Both the position numbers and the translations under genes were made by a program. The notes under the pieces are model-generated. The model worked only from the letters and a program-made list of their open reading frames with translations. It ran no database searches and was not told the origin of the DNA. A stretch of 63,024 nucleotides of DNA from Candidatus Goldiibacteriota bacterium. Its GTDB lineage: Bacteria; Oederibacteriota; PGYV01. The DNA is taken from NCBI GenBank assembly GCA_016937715.1, contig JAFGWA010000050.1, forward strand, positions 75,311 to 138,334. The letters are read 5' to 3'. This document shows, in pieces, positions 55,850-63,024 of the stretch. The number at the start of each line of letters is the position of its first letter. The first letter of the stretch is position 1.

Positions 55850-55882
55850 ATTGCAGATAAATTGCAGATAAATTGCGGGTAA
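55850..55882. repeat. Three tandem 11-bp units ATTGCAGATAA / ATTGCAGATAA / ATTGCGGGTAA upstream of the Fic gene
   Basis: Direct reading; 55-87 nt upstream of the start codon at 55795. Confidence 0.8.
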
Positions 55883-55943
55883 AAAATTCATTTATTTTCA
55901 GGGTTTATAAGCTTTTTTAAGTTTACTTTACCGCGGGACAGGT

Positions 55944-56394
55944 TTATCTGTTTTCTTTAAGCACCCTATTTACCATTATATTCAGATATTTTTCCGGTTC
56001 TTCATAGGCGCACATGTGGGCGGAATTTTCAAAAGTAAAAAAATATTTTTTGGGCGCTTTTATAAAGTTAAAATACTTTTCCTGTAAGGAATATACCACC
56101 GTCGCGTCGTGCCTGCCTGCCATTATATATACAGGCACTTTCCACACCGGGGCGGATTTATACATATCCCCTTGTATTATCTACAGCCACAGGGTTTGTT
56201 TTGTCATTCCCACAAATCAAAACCCACTGCTTAACCCCGCCAAGCTCTACCTGAATAAGTTCAGATATAGAATTCTCCCCTGCAATAGGCAAAGTGTTCC
56301 CCGGGCTTTTAACAGCAATAACCCCCACAAACAAAACTATCCCAACCATTATCGTTATTAACAGCACTGTCCCTATTTTCATTAATGTTTTCAT
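55944..56394 (-). pseudogene. Alpha/beta hydrolase remnant: N-terminal 78 codons and C-terminal 73 codons in different frames, catalytic core deleted
   Basis: 56158-56394 encodes a signal/TM segment plus ...GGVKQWVLICGNDKTNPV. 55944-56165 encodes ...VPVYIMAGRHDATVV...FENSAHMCAYEEP. No nucleophile elbow lies between them. Confidence 0.65.
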
Positions 56395-56456
56395 ATTCCC
56401 CCGATTTTATTGCTATTTCCTTTTATAAAGCATATTTTAACAGAATAAATCTTCAA

Positions 56457-57203
56457 TCAATAAAAAGAATATCTTATTGGATTTGCAGCTCCTCTTTTTC
56501 TATATTTATCAGGAATTCGTTTGTTAATATATATACTTTCAACAGAATTTTCAGCCTTTTCACCAATAAAACCATACCTACCTGGTCTATTTAGATCAAA
56601 TAGAGGGAAATTAGTTTTATTTGCTTCTTTCCATTCTATAATTTTGTAGACTGCTTTAATTATTCCTCTAATTACTGAAACGGCATACTCAGCCTTTTGT
56701 GCTTTTTCTTTATTTATTTTCCATGCATATCTGGTAGCATCATATAACGTTCTTTCTTCAGAACTTCTATTTACAGTAATCATGATAATTTTATGTTTAA
56801 AAACTGCTTCTTCTGACTTGTATTTACTAATTATTTCAACAGCATTCATTGAACCAAAATAGTTGCTGTCATAACCGGCAACTTTGTTGGATGCACCTGG
56901 ATATGCATCAATCAAAGCAGCTTCAACATGTCTTGCTGTTAATTCATCCATACCATGTTTATGTATTACATGTATAACTTTTAGACCTGAATTTTCAATA
57001 TCTCTTATCGTTTGATATTTTCCGTCTATTTCATCGAAATTTTTTTCTTTTGTAGCGCATTTAATATGCTGAAATACTCTATTCCCCTTTCCTCGTCCCA
57101 CATAAAAAGTATCACCATTTCTCGGGTCAATTAATCTATAAACATAGTTTTTTAATTGTTTGCATACTTCTTCCGGAAAAGCAGAAACATCATATTGATT
57201 CAC
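56457..57203 (-). CDS. GIY-YIG-domain protein with an uncharacterised C-terminal half (248 aa)
   Basis: YVYRLIDPRNGDTFYVGRGKGNRVFQH matches the GIY...YIG...R core; GTG start behind GGGGAGGG; last gene of the low-GC island. Confidence 0.65.
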   Translation of the reverse strand: MNQYDVSAFPEEVCKQLKNYVYRLIDPRNGDTFYVGRGKGNRVFQHIKCATKEKNFDEIDGKYQTIRDIENSGLKVIHVIHKHGMDELTARHVEAALIDAYPGASNKVAGYDSNYFGSMNAVEIISKYKSEEAVFKHKIIMITVNRSSEERTLYDATRYAWKINKEKAQKAEYAVSVIRGIIKAVYKIIEWKEANKTNFPLFDLNRPGRYGFIGEKAENSVESIYINKRIPDKYRKRGAANPIRYSFY

Positions 57204-57263
57204 ATGCCCTCCCCAATAAATTATTTATGCTTTTTTCAAAAAAATATTTTCATAGATATTTAA

Positions 57264-58385
57264 TTATAAACCCCTACTGTTTAAAAAATTCTCATAACTA
57301 TTAATTTCTGCGAAATTTATTTCATATAACTCATCATTAATTTTGTCAATTCTAACTGAATCAATTCCAATTATTTGTAATTTATCGTAGTTTAGAATTT
57401 CTTTAGGTTTCAATGTCAAAACGTCTCTAAGTATCCATTTACCTAATTCTTTATTCGAAGTTGACATTAACGCCTTATTGTTATCTTGACATATTTTAGA
57501 TTCCATTAAAATACCATCTGGTAATTTCAAATTAAATTTCGTATCTCTCTTAGGGAAAAAATCAGGATACTTTTTATTTATTTCTGACGGTATCGGAATA
57601 TAAACTTCATCAAGATCGCGCTTTCTTCCGCCTGCATTCCATTGATTTAGACCGCTTTTCTCATATACTTTTTTATCATGACCATACAACGGCAGATAAA
57701 TCGTTTCTTTAATTAAGTTAGCAGTTTCCTTTTCTGCCGGTTTAGCAGCAAGCAATTTTTCAAGTTCTTGAAGCGGGTCGTCTATTAACGATACCTTAAT
57801 TTTGTATTTGAAAGAATCTGTTATAAACCTTTTTGTAAGAGTACTTTTAGAAGTTAAAAACGAATAATCATTTTTATCATCAGAAAAACTGATTGAACCG
57901 GTGTTTTTAGAGATTTTCTTTATTTTATTTAAATTAATATCATCCATACTTTCTTCATGAATATAAAAATACCCTTTATCTCTGACAACACAATGATATA
58001 TTGAGTTATCAAACTTATAGACATTCCGCGTCATTTCAAGCCTTTTATTTCTAAGCCCGGCTATTTTAATTATCATTTTTTCTGCATTCAATTTATCATA
58101 TGTATTTCTATCGTTATTAAATTCTGCGATTTTTTGGAACGTTTTAGAATTGTTAATTAAAAATGTTTTTAAACCCACTCCAATATTTTTTACTTTTGCA
58201 TCAGCCGACAAATCACTCCTAGACAGATCCTCGGCATTAAAAGCTCTGCAGAATATTTTCTCAGCAATCCTATAATAAAGATAAGGCGTGTCAGATTCAG
58301 AAAAGAGATTTGAAAGACTTCCGACAATCATTAGGTATTTTTCATAGAGATCAATCTGCTTTTTGTCAGCCCTCTCAATAAACAT
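57264..58385 (-). CDS. Putative type II restriction endonuclease (family not recognised)
   Basis: The ATG at 58385 lies 2 nt after the methyltransferase stop. The call rests on the operon context C-vsr-M-this gene; I could not name a catalytic motif. Confidence 0.5.
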   Translation of the reverse strand: MFIERADKKQIDLYEKYLMIVGSLSNLFSESDTPYLYYRIAEKIFCRAFNAEDLSRSDLSADAKVKNIGVGLKTFLINNSKTFQKIAEFNNDRNTYDKLNAEKMIIKIAGLRNKRLEMTRNVYKFDNSIYHCVVRDKGYFYIHEESMDDINLNKIKKISKNTGSISFSDDKNDYSFLTSKSTLTKRFITDSFKYKIKVSLIDDPLQELEKLLAAKPAEKETANLIKETIYLPLYGHDKKVYEKSGLNQWNAGGRKRDLDEVYIPIPSEINKKYPDFFPKRDTKFNLKLPDGILMESKICQDNNKALMSTSNKELGKWILRDVLTLKPKEILNYDKLQIIGIDSVRIDKINDELYEINFAEINSYENFLNSRGL

Positions 58386-58387
58386 AT

Positions 58388-59548
58388 TTACACCCAAGCC
58401 TTTACTATACTTTCTGCAATTTTTTCTATTACAGGAACTGACACCGAATTGCCAAACTGTTTATATAAATGCGAATCCGCGACAGAAGGAAGGACAAACT
58501 TTTTTGGAAATCCTTGAAAATTAGCACATTCCCTTGGTGTTATCTTTCTTATTCCATCCTTATCGAGTATCAAAGGTACATTGTGCCCGCCCATACCCAT
58601 ATTAGCAGTAAGTGTCGGGCATACTTTATTCTTATTCTCTCTGACATATTTACGCCGCCACTGGTAGACAGTATCATTTTTTGTAATGTCTTTAATTAAT
58701 TTAGGATAAAGTGTTTTGTCATTATAATAGTATTTTGTATCAATCTTTTTTTCCAGACAGTCATGTATTTGTTTAGTTCTTTTAATTTTCTCGGGATATT
58801 TGAATTGTTTTGAATTATTTTCATCTAAGAATCCTACTATATATATACGTTCTCTATTCTGCGGAACATCAGCGTATTCCATTGTGTTTAAAACTTTAGA
58901 AGTAATAAAATAACCTGCATTTTTTAGCTCTTTAGATATAACTTCAAAAGTACGCCCTTTGTCGTGTCCTTTAAGATTTTTAACATTTTCAAGCAGTATT
59001 GATTTAGGCTGTTTCTCTTTTAGTATTCTTACTATATCAAAGAATAAATTACCTCTCCCTTTATCTTCAAAACCCTTTTTATATCCTGCTATTGAAAAAG
59101 GCTGGCATGGAAATCCCGCAACCAAGACATCATGTTCAGGTATGCATTTTGCATCTATTCTTGTTATATCTCCAAAAGGCACTTCCCCAAAATTCACTTT
59201 ATACGTAAGCTGCGCAGATCTATCCCATTCAGACGTAAAAACACATCTTCCTCCTGCGTTCTGAAATCCAATACGCATCCCGCCAACACCGGCAAACAAA
59301 TCTATGAATGTAAATTTATGTTCTTTCGGAGGAGAAAAAGGAAAAGTAATAGGCATATCTGCTTTAAATAACTCCAATTGCCCTGCATGTTCTAATATTT
59401 TCTTCGCTTCATTCTTATAATATTTCTCAGCATCAGTCCCCTTGTTTAAATAATAATGGGTTACTGAAGCAAGTTTTTCATGCTCTTCATTTGCTAAAAA
59501 ATCTTCAATATTACTTAAAAACTGCTTATAGTTGCCCTTTTTTTTCAT
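58388..59548 (-). CDS. DNA (cytosine-5)-methyltransferase
   Basis: Motif I FIDLFAGVGGMRIGF, IV GFPCQPFS, VI LLENVKNL, VIII QNRERIYIVG, X GNSVSVPV. Confidence 0.95.
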   Translation of the reverse strand: MKKKGNYKQFLSNIEDFLANEEHEKLASVTHYYLNKGTDAEKYYKNEAKKILEHAGQLELFKADMPITFPFSPPKEHKFTFIDLFAGVGGMRIGFQNAGGRCVFTSEWDRSAQLTYKVNFGEVPFGDITRIDAKCIPEHDVLVAGFPCQPFSIAGYKKGFEDKGRGNLFFDIVRILKEKQPKSILLENVKNLKGHDKGRTFEVISKELKNAGYFITSKVLNTMEYADVPQNRERIYIVGFLDENNSKQFKYPEKIKRTKQIHDCLEKKIDTKYYYNDKTLYPKLIKDITKNDTVYQWRRKYVRENKNKVCPTLTANMGMGGHNVPLILDKDGIRKITPRECANFQGFPKKFVLPSVADSHLYKQFGNSVSVPVIEKIAESIVKAWV

Positions 59549-59963
59549 TTTTTACTCTCACAGCCTCATTAATTTTTTTTATTGCTTTATCCGGCTTATC
59601 TATAAGTTCTTTTGCCCAAAACCTAAGAACTTTCCATCCATCTTGTCGTAATTTTTTATTAACCAGCTTATCTCTTTTAATGTTTCGTTCTATTTTTTCC
59701 AGCCAATATTTCCTATTTGTTTTAATAGACTTTTTTTGTTTTTCCCAATTTTTTCCGTGAAAAAACTCGCTATCGCAAAAAATTGCTATATTAAAATCTT
59801 TTAAAATAAAATCAGGTTTACCAAGAATTCTCTTATTCTGTCTGGTAAATTTAATATTCTGTTTTCTAAGCAGTGAAGCAAGAGTCACTTCAACTTTAGT
59901 ATTCTTAGACTTAATTCTAGACATACAATAACTTCTTTGTTTTTTTGTTAAATTATCAGCCAT
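59526..59963 (-). CDS. vsr: Very-short-patch repair endonuclease (Vsr)
   Basis: SRIKSKNTKVEV, GKPDFIL, IAIFCDSEFFHG, YWLEKIERNIKRD, GWKVLRFW. The ATG at 59963 lies 2 nt after the C-gene stop. Confidence 0.9.
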   Translation of the reverse strand: MADNLTKKQRSYCMSRIKSKNTKVEVTLASLLRKQNIKFTRQNKRILGKPDFILKDFNIAIFCDSEFFHGKNWEKQKKSIKTNRKYWLEKIERNIKRDKLVNKKLRQDGWKVLRFWAKELIDKPDKAIKKINEAVRVKNEKKGQL

Positions 59964-59965
59964 TG

Positions 59966-60166
59966 TCAAAAAAGGTCCTTAATTTTTACCCCTAAAGCCT
60001 TTGCCACTTTCTCTATATTCACAACGGCCACATTACGCTTGCCTCTCTCTATCCCGCTTATATATGTGCGGTCAAGGCCGGCAAGTTCTGCAAGCCGTTC
60101 CTGTGAAATGTCTTTCTTCTCTCTTAATTCCCTAACTTTAATGCCAAATTTTTGTTTTATATCCAT
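59966..60166 (-). CDS. XRE-family HTH controller (C) protein of the R-M operon
   Basis: ISQERLAELAGLDRTYISGIERGKRNVAVVNIEKVAKAL; a C-box-like dyad pair sits just upstream. Confidence 0.8.
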   Translation of the reverse strand: MDIKQKFGIKVRELREKKDISQERLAELAGLDRTYISGIERGKRNVAVVNIEKVAKALGVKIKDLF

Positions 60167-60189
60167 AGGCAAAATATTACCCCCTTGTG

Positions 60190-60215
60190 GACTAAGATTC
60201 TACGGACTATAAGTC
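60190..60215 (-). promoter_or_regulatory. C-box-like operator: GACTTATAGTC - CGTA - GAATCTTAGTC
   Basis: Minus-strand reading. Two 11-bp GACT-N3-AGTC-type dyads separated by 4 bp, ending 23 nt upstream of the C-gene ATG. Confidence 0.6.
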
Positions 60216-60246
60216 ACATAGGTAAGAAGTATCAGATAAAAAAAAT

Positions 60247-60289
60247 CCGAGGGACGGATGCACGGATGGTCAGAGGGACGGTTTAAACC
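60247..60289 (+). repeat. G-box repeat
   Basis: CCGAGGGACGGATGCACGGATGGTCAGAGGGACGGTTTAAACC. Confidence 0.8.
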
Positions 60290-60307
60290 AAGTACCCACC
60301 AAAACAA

Positions 60308-60410
60308 CTGCCGCGGGCTAAAGACCCGCGTCTACCAGAACGAAACCAAAATTAAGACAAAACGAAACCAAAACATAAAACCACGCGCCCTGAAAGGACG
60401 CGGCTACCAC
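60308..60410 (+). repeat. Two REP-like hairpin units separated by a 45-nt A/C-rich linker
   Basis: CTGCCGCGGGCTAAAGACCCGCGTCTACCAG (60308-60338) and CGCGCCCTGAAAGGACGCGGCTACCAC (60384-60410). Confidence 0.8.
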
Positions 60411-60429
60411 AGCAAAACCAGAACAAAAC

Positions 60430-60460
60430 AAAAACGCCCTGCGGGAAGCGCAGGGCGTTT
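60430..60460 (-). terminator. Rho-independent terminator of the lipoprotein gene
   Basis: CGCCCTGCG-GGAAG-CGCAGGGCG stem followed by TTTTTGTTTTG on the minus strand, ~30 nt after the stop. Confidence 0.75.
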
Positions 60461-60488
60461 GATATAGAAAAATACTATACTGTTATAC

Positions 60489-61517
60489 TTATTCTTTTGT
60501 CAGTTCCTCTTTTAACTTATTAGCCATTCTTTTAGCGGCTTCTGCTGACAGTTCTTTAAAATCGCGCAGGATTTCGCCGCTTGGGTCTGCAAGGTTTGGT
60601 TCTATCTTATCCGGCCAGTTTTTGCCGCCGGACATTCTCCAGGTTACTGCCTTGTACGTCGGCCTTGCAAGTTTCATGGGCGCAAGGTCATCCATTACCG
60701 GCCTTTCAAAATCCGCTATAATTTCGCCTGTCTTATCTATCATAACCATTGTCATATCAACCTTCACTGTCCCTACCACCCTGTCTTTGCCTACAATTAC
60801 CCTTACCCCCTGCGGAGGCGGCAGCAGCGTGTCTGCCATTACCACTATAACAGCGTCAAGTTTGGCGGCCGCGCATACGGCTTTGGCCTGTTCCAGCAAT
60901 GCCATTTTAAGCCCCTGGTTTTCGCCGTCATCTGTTACCCTTTCGCCGTTTACGTATTTTATTGTAGTGCCTGATTCCGCATTATTAAAAAGCGTGTACG
61001 GCACAAACGGGACACCTTTTGCGCCTATAAGCAATTCTTTGTGGTCATCAAGTACTTTCTGCGCGGCAGCTGCCGGATTTTTTCTTGCTTCTCCCGCTGC
61101 TGATGCCGCCTGCAGCCCTTCTTTTAATGCTGTCATAAAATCCGCGTTTGAATCGCCCTGTACTTTTGTAATCATCGCGTCCGGATTGTCCTTAAAATAC
61201 CTTAAGGCGCCTGCTGCCTTTGACATTGTCCCCGCGTAGTAATAGGCAGGCACTTTGGCAAGCGAAGCTGACGGCACAACAGTAAATAACCTTGCGGATT
61301 TAAGCTGATATTCCGCCTGAGCCAGCGCGTAGTCTGCCGCCTGCTGCATGACAGCGTTGTTTTCAGCGTTTGAAGGCGCGGATTTTACCATTGTTAAACT
61401 TAATACTCCCGCTCTTTTCACGTTCATTACAGCTTCTTTGTTAATCTGCGTCCCCGCGCAGCCAACAACTGACAGAACAACCGCAACAGCAAGTACAGAC
61501 AAAAACAATCTTTTCAT
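60489..61517 (-). CDS. Hypothetical lipoprotein (342 aa)
   Basis: Start at the ATG at 61517 behind GGAGGG; signal peptide plus lipobox LSVVGC. Confidence 0.65.
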   Translation of the reverse strand: MKRLFLSVLAVAVVLSVVGCAGTQINKEAVMNVKRAGVLSLTMVKSAPSNAENNAVMQQAADYALAQAEYQLKSARLFTVVPSASLAKVPAYYYAGTMSKAAGALRYFKDNPDAMITKVQGDSNADFMTALKEGLQAASAAGEARKNPAAAAQKVLDDHKELLIGAKGVPFVPYTLFNNAESGTTIKYVNGERVTDDGENQGLKMALLEQAKAVCAAAKLDAVIVVMADTLLPPPQGVRVIVGKDRVVGTVKVDMTMVMIDKTGEIIADFERPVMDDLAPMKLARPTYKAVTWRMSGGKNWPDKIEPNLADPSGEILRDFKELSAEAAKRMANKLKEELTKE

Positions 61518-61650
61518 AAAACCCTCCGAATTATAATTTTGCGCATAAATGCACATCTTTGATAGACGTATTAAAACATAAAAATGATGCAGCAGATATA
61601 TAAAAAACAGATGCTTGGACGCTTAGATGTTTGGAGGCTTGGCTTATAAA

Positions 61651-61733
61651 CCAGAGGGACAGAGGGACGGAAATAAACCAAACATCCGGAGATCCAAATC
61701 AACTGCCGCGGGCTAAATACCCGCGTCTACCAG
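61651..61733 (+). repeat. Short G-box (61651-61679) + linker + REP-like hairpin (61703-61733)
   Basis: CCAGAGGGACAGAGGGACGGAAATAAACC ... CTGCCGCGGGCTAAATACCCGCGTCTACCAG. Confidence 0.8.
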
Positions 61734-61803
61734 TACAATTACAAATAAATACACCCTTTGTATTTCATTAATTCATTTTATTTCCGGTTATTATAGATTG
61801 TTT

Positions 61804-62877
61804 TCATTCGCTTCCCGTTTTTATATACGCGGTTGCCCTGCCGCTGCCGGTTTTTTTAATAAGTTTAAGTTTTACAAGCCTTGCAAGAGACTGGCCTGCG
61901 GTTTCCCTTTTCATCTTAAGTTTGCTTACAATAATCTTATTTGTTATTGTTTCATATATTTCAAAGAGATTCAGAATTGCCCTGTGTTTTTCTGAAATTA
62001 AAAGAAGAGGATTTGACCCCTTAGCGGTTTCTTTTACTGTTTCAGCCTGTTTTGCCAGTACATCAAGTATAAAATCAAGCCATGGTATTATATTTTCCGC
62101 CTTTTTACCCCTGTTCTTCTGGCTTTTTCTTAAAGCAAGGTAGTATGACGCTTTATTATCTTCTATTATTTTTTCAAGAGACGCGTATCGGGCGTATGAA
62201 TACCCGCTTTTTAAAAGCATAAGGTTTAAAACAGCCCTGCTAAGCCTTCCGTTGCCGTCCTGAAACGGGTGGATAGAAAGAAATTCAAGGTTAAAATTTG
62301 CGGCTATCAGCAGCGGATGAAAAATCCCGCTATCATACGCTTTCACAGCCCAGTCAATAAGCTCCCTTGTTTCTTTCTGCGCAAGATAAGGTTCTGTAGG
62401 GTTAAAAATAACAGATTCATTGCCGTTGTTATCCCTTGCCACAACGGCATTTGAAAGAAACTTATATTTTCCTTTATGTTTTTTGTCTTTTTCAGAAAAC
62501 TTAAGCAAAACATTATGAAAACCAAGGATAGTATTTTCTGTTATCTGTATTTCATTATAATTATCAAATATGGTTTCAAGTAATTCCGCGTAACCCGCAA
62601 CCTCCTGCGAATCCCTGTCCTTCAACCTTGATACTTTAAGCCCGTTAAGAAGTTTTTTAACCTGCTCATCAGACATCTTTGAACCTTCTATCCTTGTTGA
62701 TGATCCGACCGAGGATACAATTGTGCTCTGTTTTAAGTTGCCAAGTATCTGCGGTCCAAGCCCCGGAGCTGCCTTAAACCACCCTTTAAATTCATCTATT
62801 TTTGCCACTTTACCGTAAATACGCGCGGCATCATTTCCGGAAATGGCATTTAATCGCCGTGTAAGGTTTGATTCCAT
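61804..62877 (-). CDS. Fic-family protein (second paralog) with inhibitory-helix motif and C-terminal winged HTH
   Basis: HPFQDGNGRLSRAVLNL; STRIEGSKMS; AAGGAGG RBS. Confidence 0.85.
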   Translation of the reverse strand: MESNLTRRLNAISGNDAARIYGKVAKIDEFKGWFKAAPGLGPQILGNLKQSTIVSSVGSSTRIEGSKMSDEQVKKLLNGLKVSRLKDRDSQEVAGYAELLETIFDNYNEIQITENTILGFHNVLLKFSEKDKKHKGKYKFLSNAVVARDNNGNESVIFNPTEPYLAQKETRELIDWAVKAYDSGIFHPLLIAANFNLEFLSIHPFQDGNGRLSRAVLNLMLLKSGYSYARYASLEKIIEDNKASYYLALRKSQKNRGKKAENIIPWLDFILDVLAKQAETVKETAKGSNPLLLISEKHRAILNLFEIYETITNKIIVSKLKMKRETAGQSLARLVKLKLIKKTGSGRATAYIKTGSE

Positions 62878-62894
62878 ATCGCCTCCTTTTAACT

Positions 62895-62924
62895 ATACCC
62901 AATTATACCCAATTGTACCCAATT
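62895..62924. repeat. Three tandem 10-bp units (minus strand AATTGGGTAC AATTGGGTAT AATTGGGTAT) abutting the Fic RBS
   Basis: Direct reading; the array ends 5 nt before the AAGGAGG RBS of the gene starting at 62877. Confidence 0.8.
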
Positions 62925-63024
62925 AATCAACGGGAGAAGCAATTATCTTGAACGAACCTTTAAGGAATTTAACAGAAAAACATACGATGTCGGTGTTTTT
63001 CCAAACGTTTATTCCGCCGAGAGA
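62923..63024 (-). CDS. Possible 3' end (33 codons + TAA) of a gene entering from the right edge
   Basis: Open frame ...SLGGINVWKNTDIVCFSVKFLKGSFKIIASPVD-stop. Too short to identify and not in the ORF track. Confidence 0.25.
   Translation of the reverse strand, partial: SLGGINVWKNTDIVCFSVKFLKGSFKIIASPVD

Overview
This is a 63-kb chromosomal segment from a moderately AT-rich, apparently diderm bacterium (beta-barrel porin ending in Trp, lipobox lipoprotein). I cannot place it taxonomically from sequence alone. I support about 55 protein genes, mostly on the minus strand, plus one RNase P RNA. I saw no rRNA, tRNA or CRISPR array.

Layout:
- 1-3.9 kb: glpK plus a three-gene anaerobic-type glycerol-3-P dehydrogenase module.
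- 4.0-6.7 kb: a two-gene hydrolase cassette bracketed by two copies of a ~197-nt hairpin repeat.
- 6.7-15.2 kb: ABC-F ATPase, rlmD-like methyltransferase, SDR and two-component genes.
- 15.3-23.6 kb: a tightly packed seven-gene cassette. It holds three small paralogous amphi-Trp-like proteins, an HprK-like P-loop kinase, a RimK-like ATP-grasp ligase, a PhoU-repeat/APH-kinase fusion and a PHP-like protein. It is divergent from a PHP-glycosyltransferase fusion. This matches what I recall as the functionally uncharacterised GAK system and is my top candidate for the interesting system.
- 23.6-28.7 kb: a chemotaxis module.
- 28.7-39.3 kb: a large phosphate block (phoU-pstBAC, a CBS-GGDEF gene with an in-frame stop, pstS, porin, sigma factor, phoRB, OB-fold protein, secreted nuclease).
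- 39.9-51.5 kb: xer recombinase, flavoprotein, glycogen debrancher, guaA/guaB, pit with a DUF47-like gene, and transporter/HAD/PHP genes.
- 51.6-52.0 kb: rnpB.
- 52.6-63 kb: an accessory stretch with an HTH-nucleotidyltransferase, two class-II-like Fic proteins with iteron-like upstream repeats, and a gutted hydrolase gene. It also holds a sharply low-GC island encoding a C-protein/Vsr/m5C-methyltransferase/endonuclease operon followed by a GIY-YIG protein.

Intergenic DNA carries at least four families of short repeats, nearly all in one orientation. All functional calls come from motif recognition by eye; no database search was possible.
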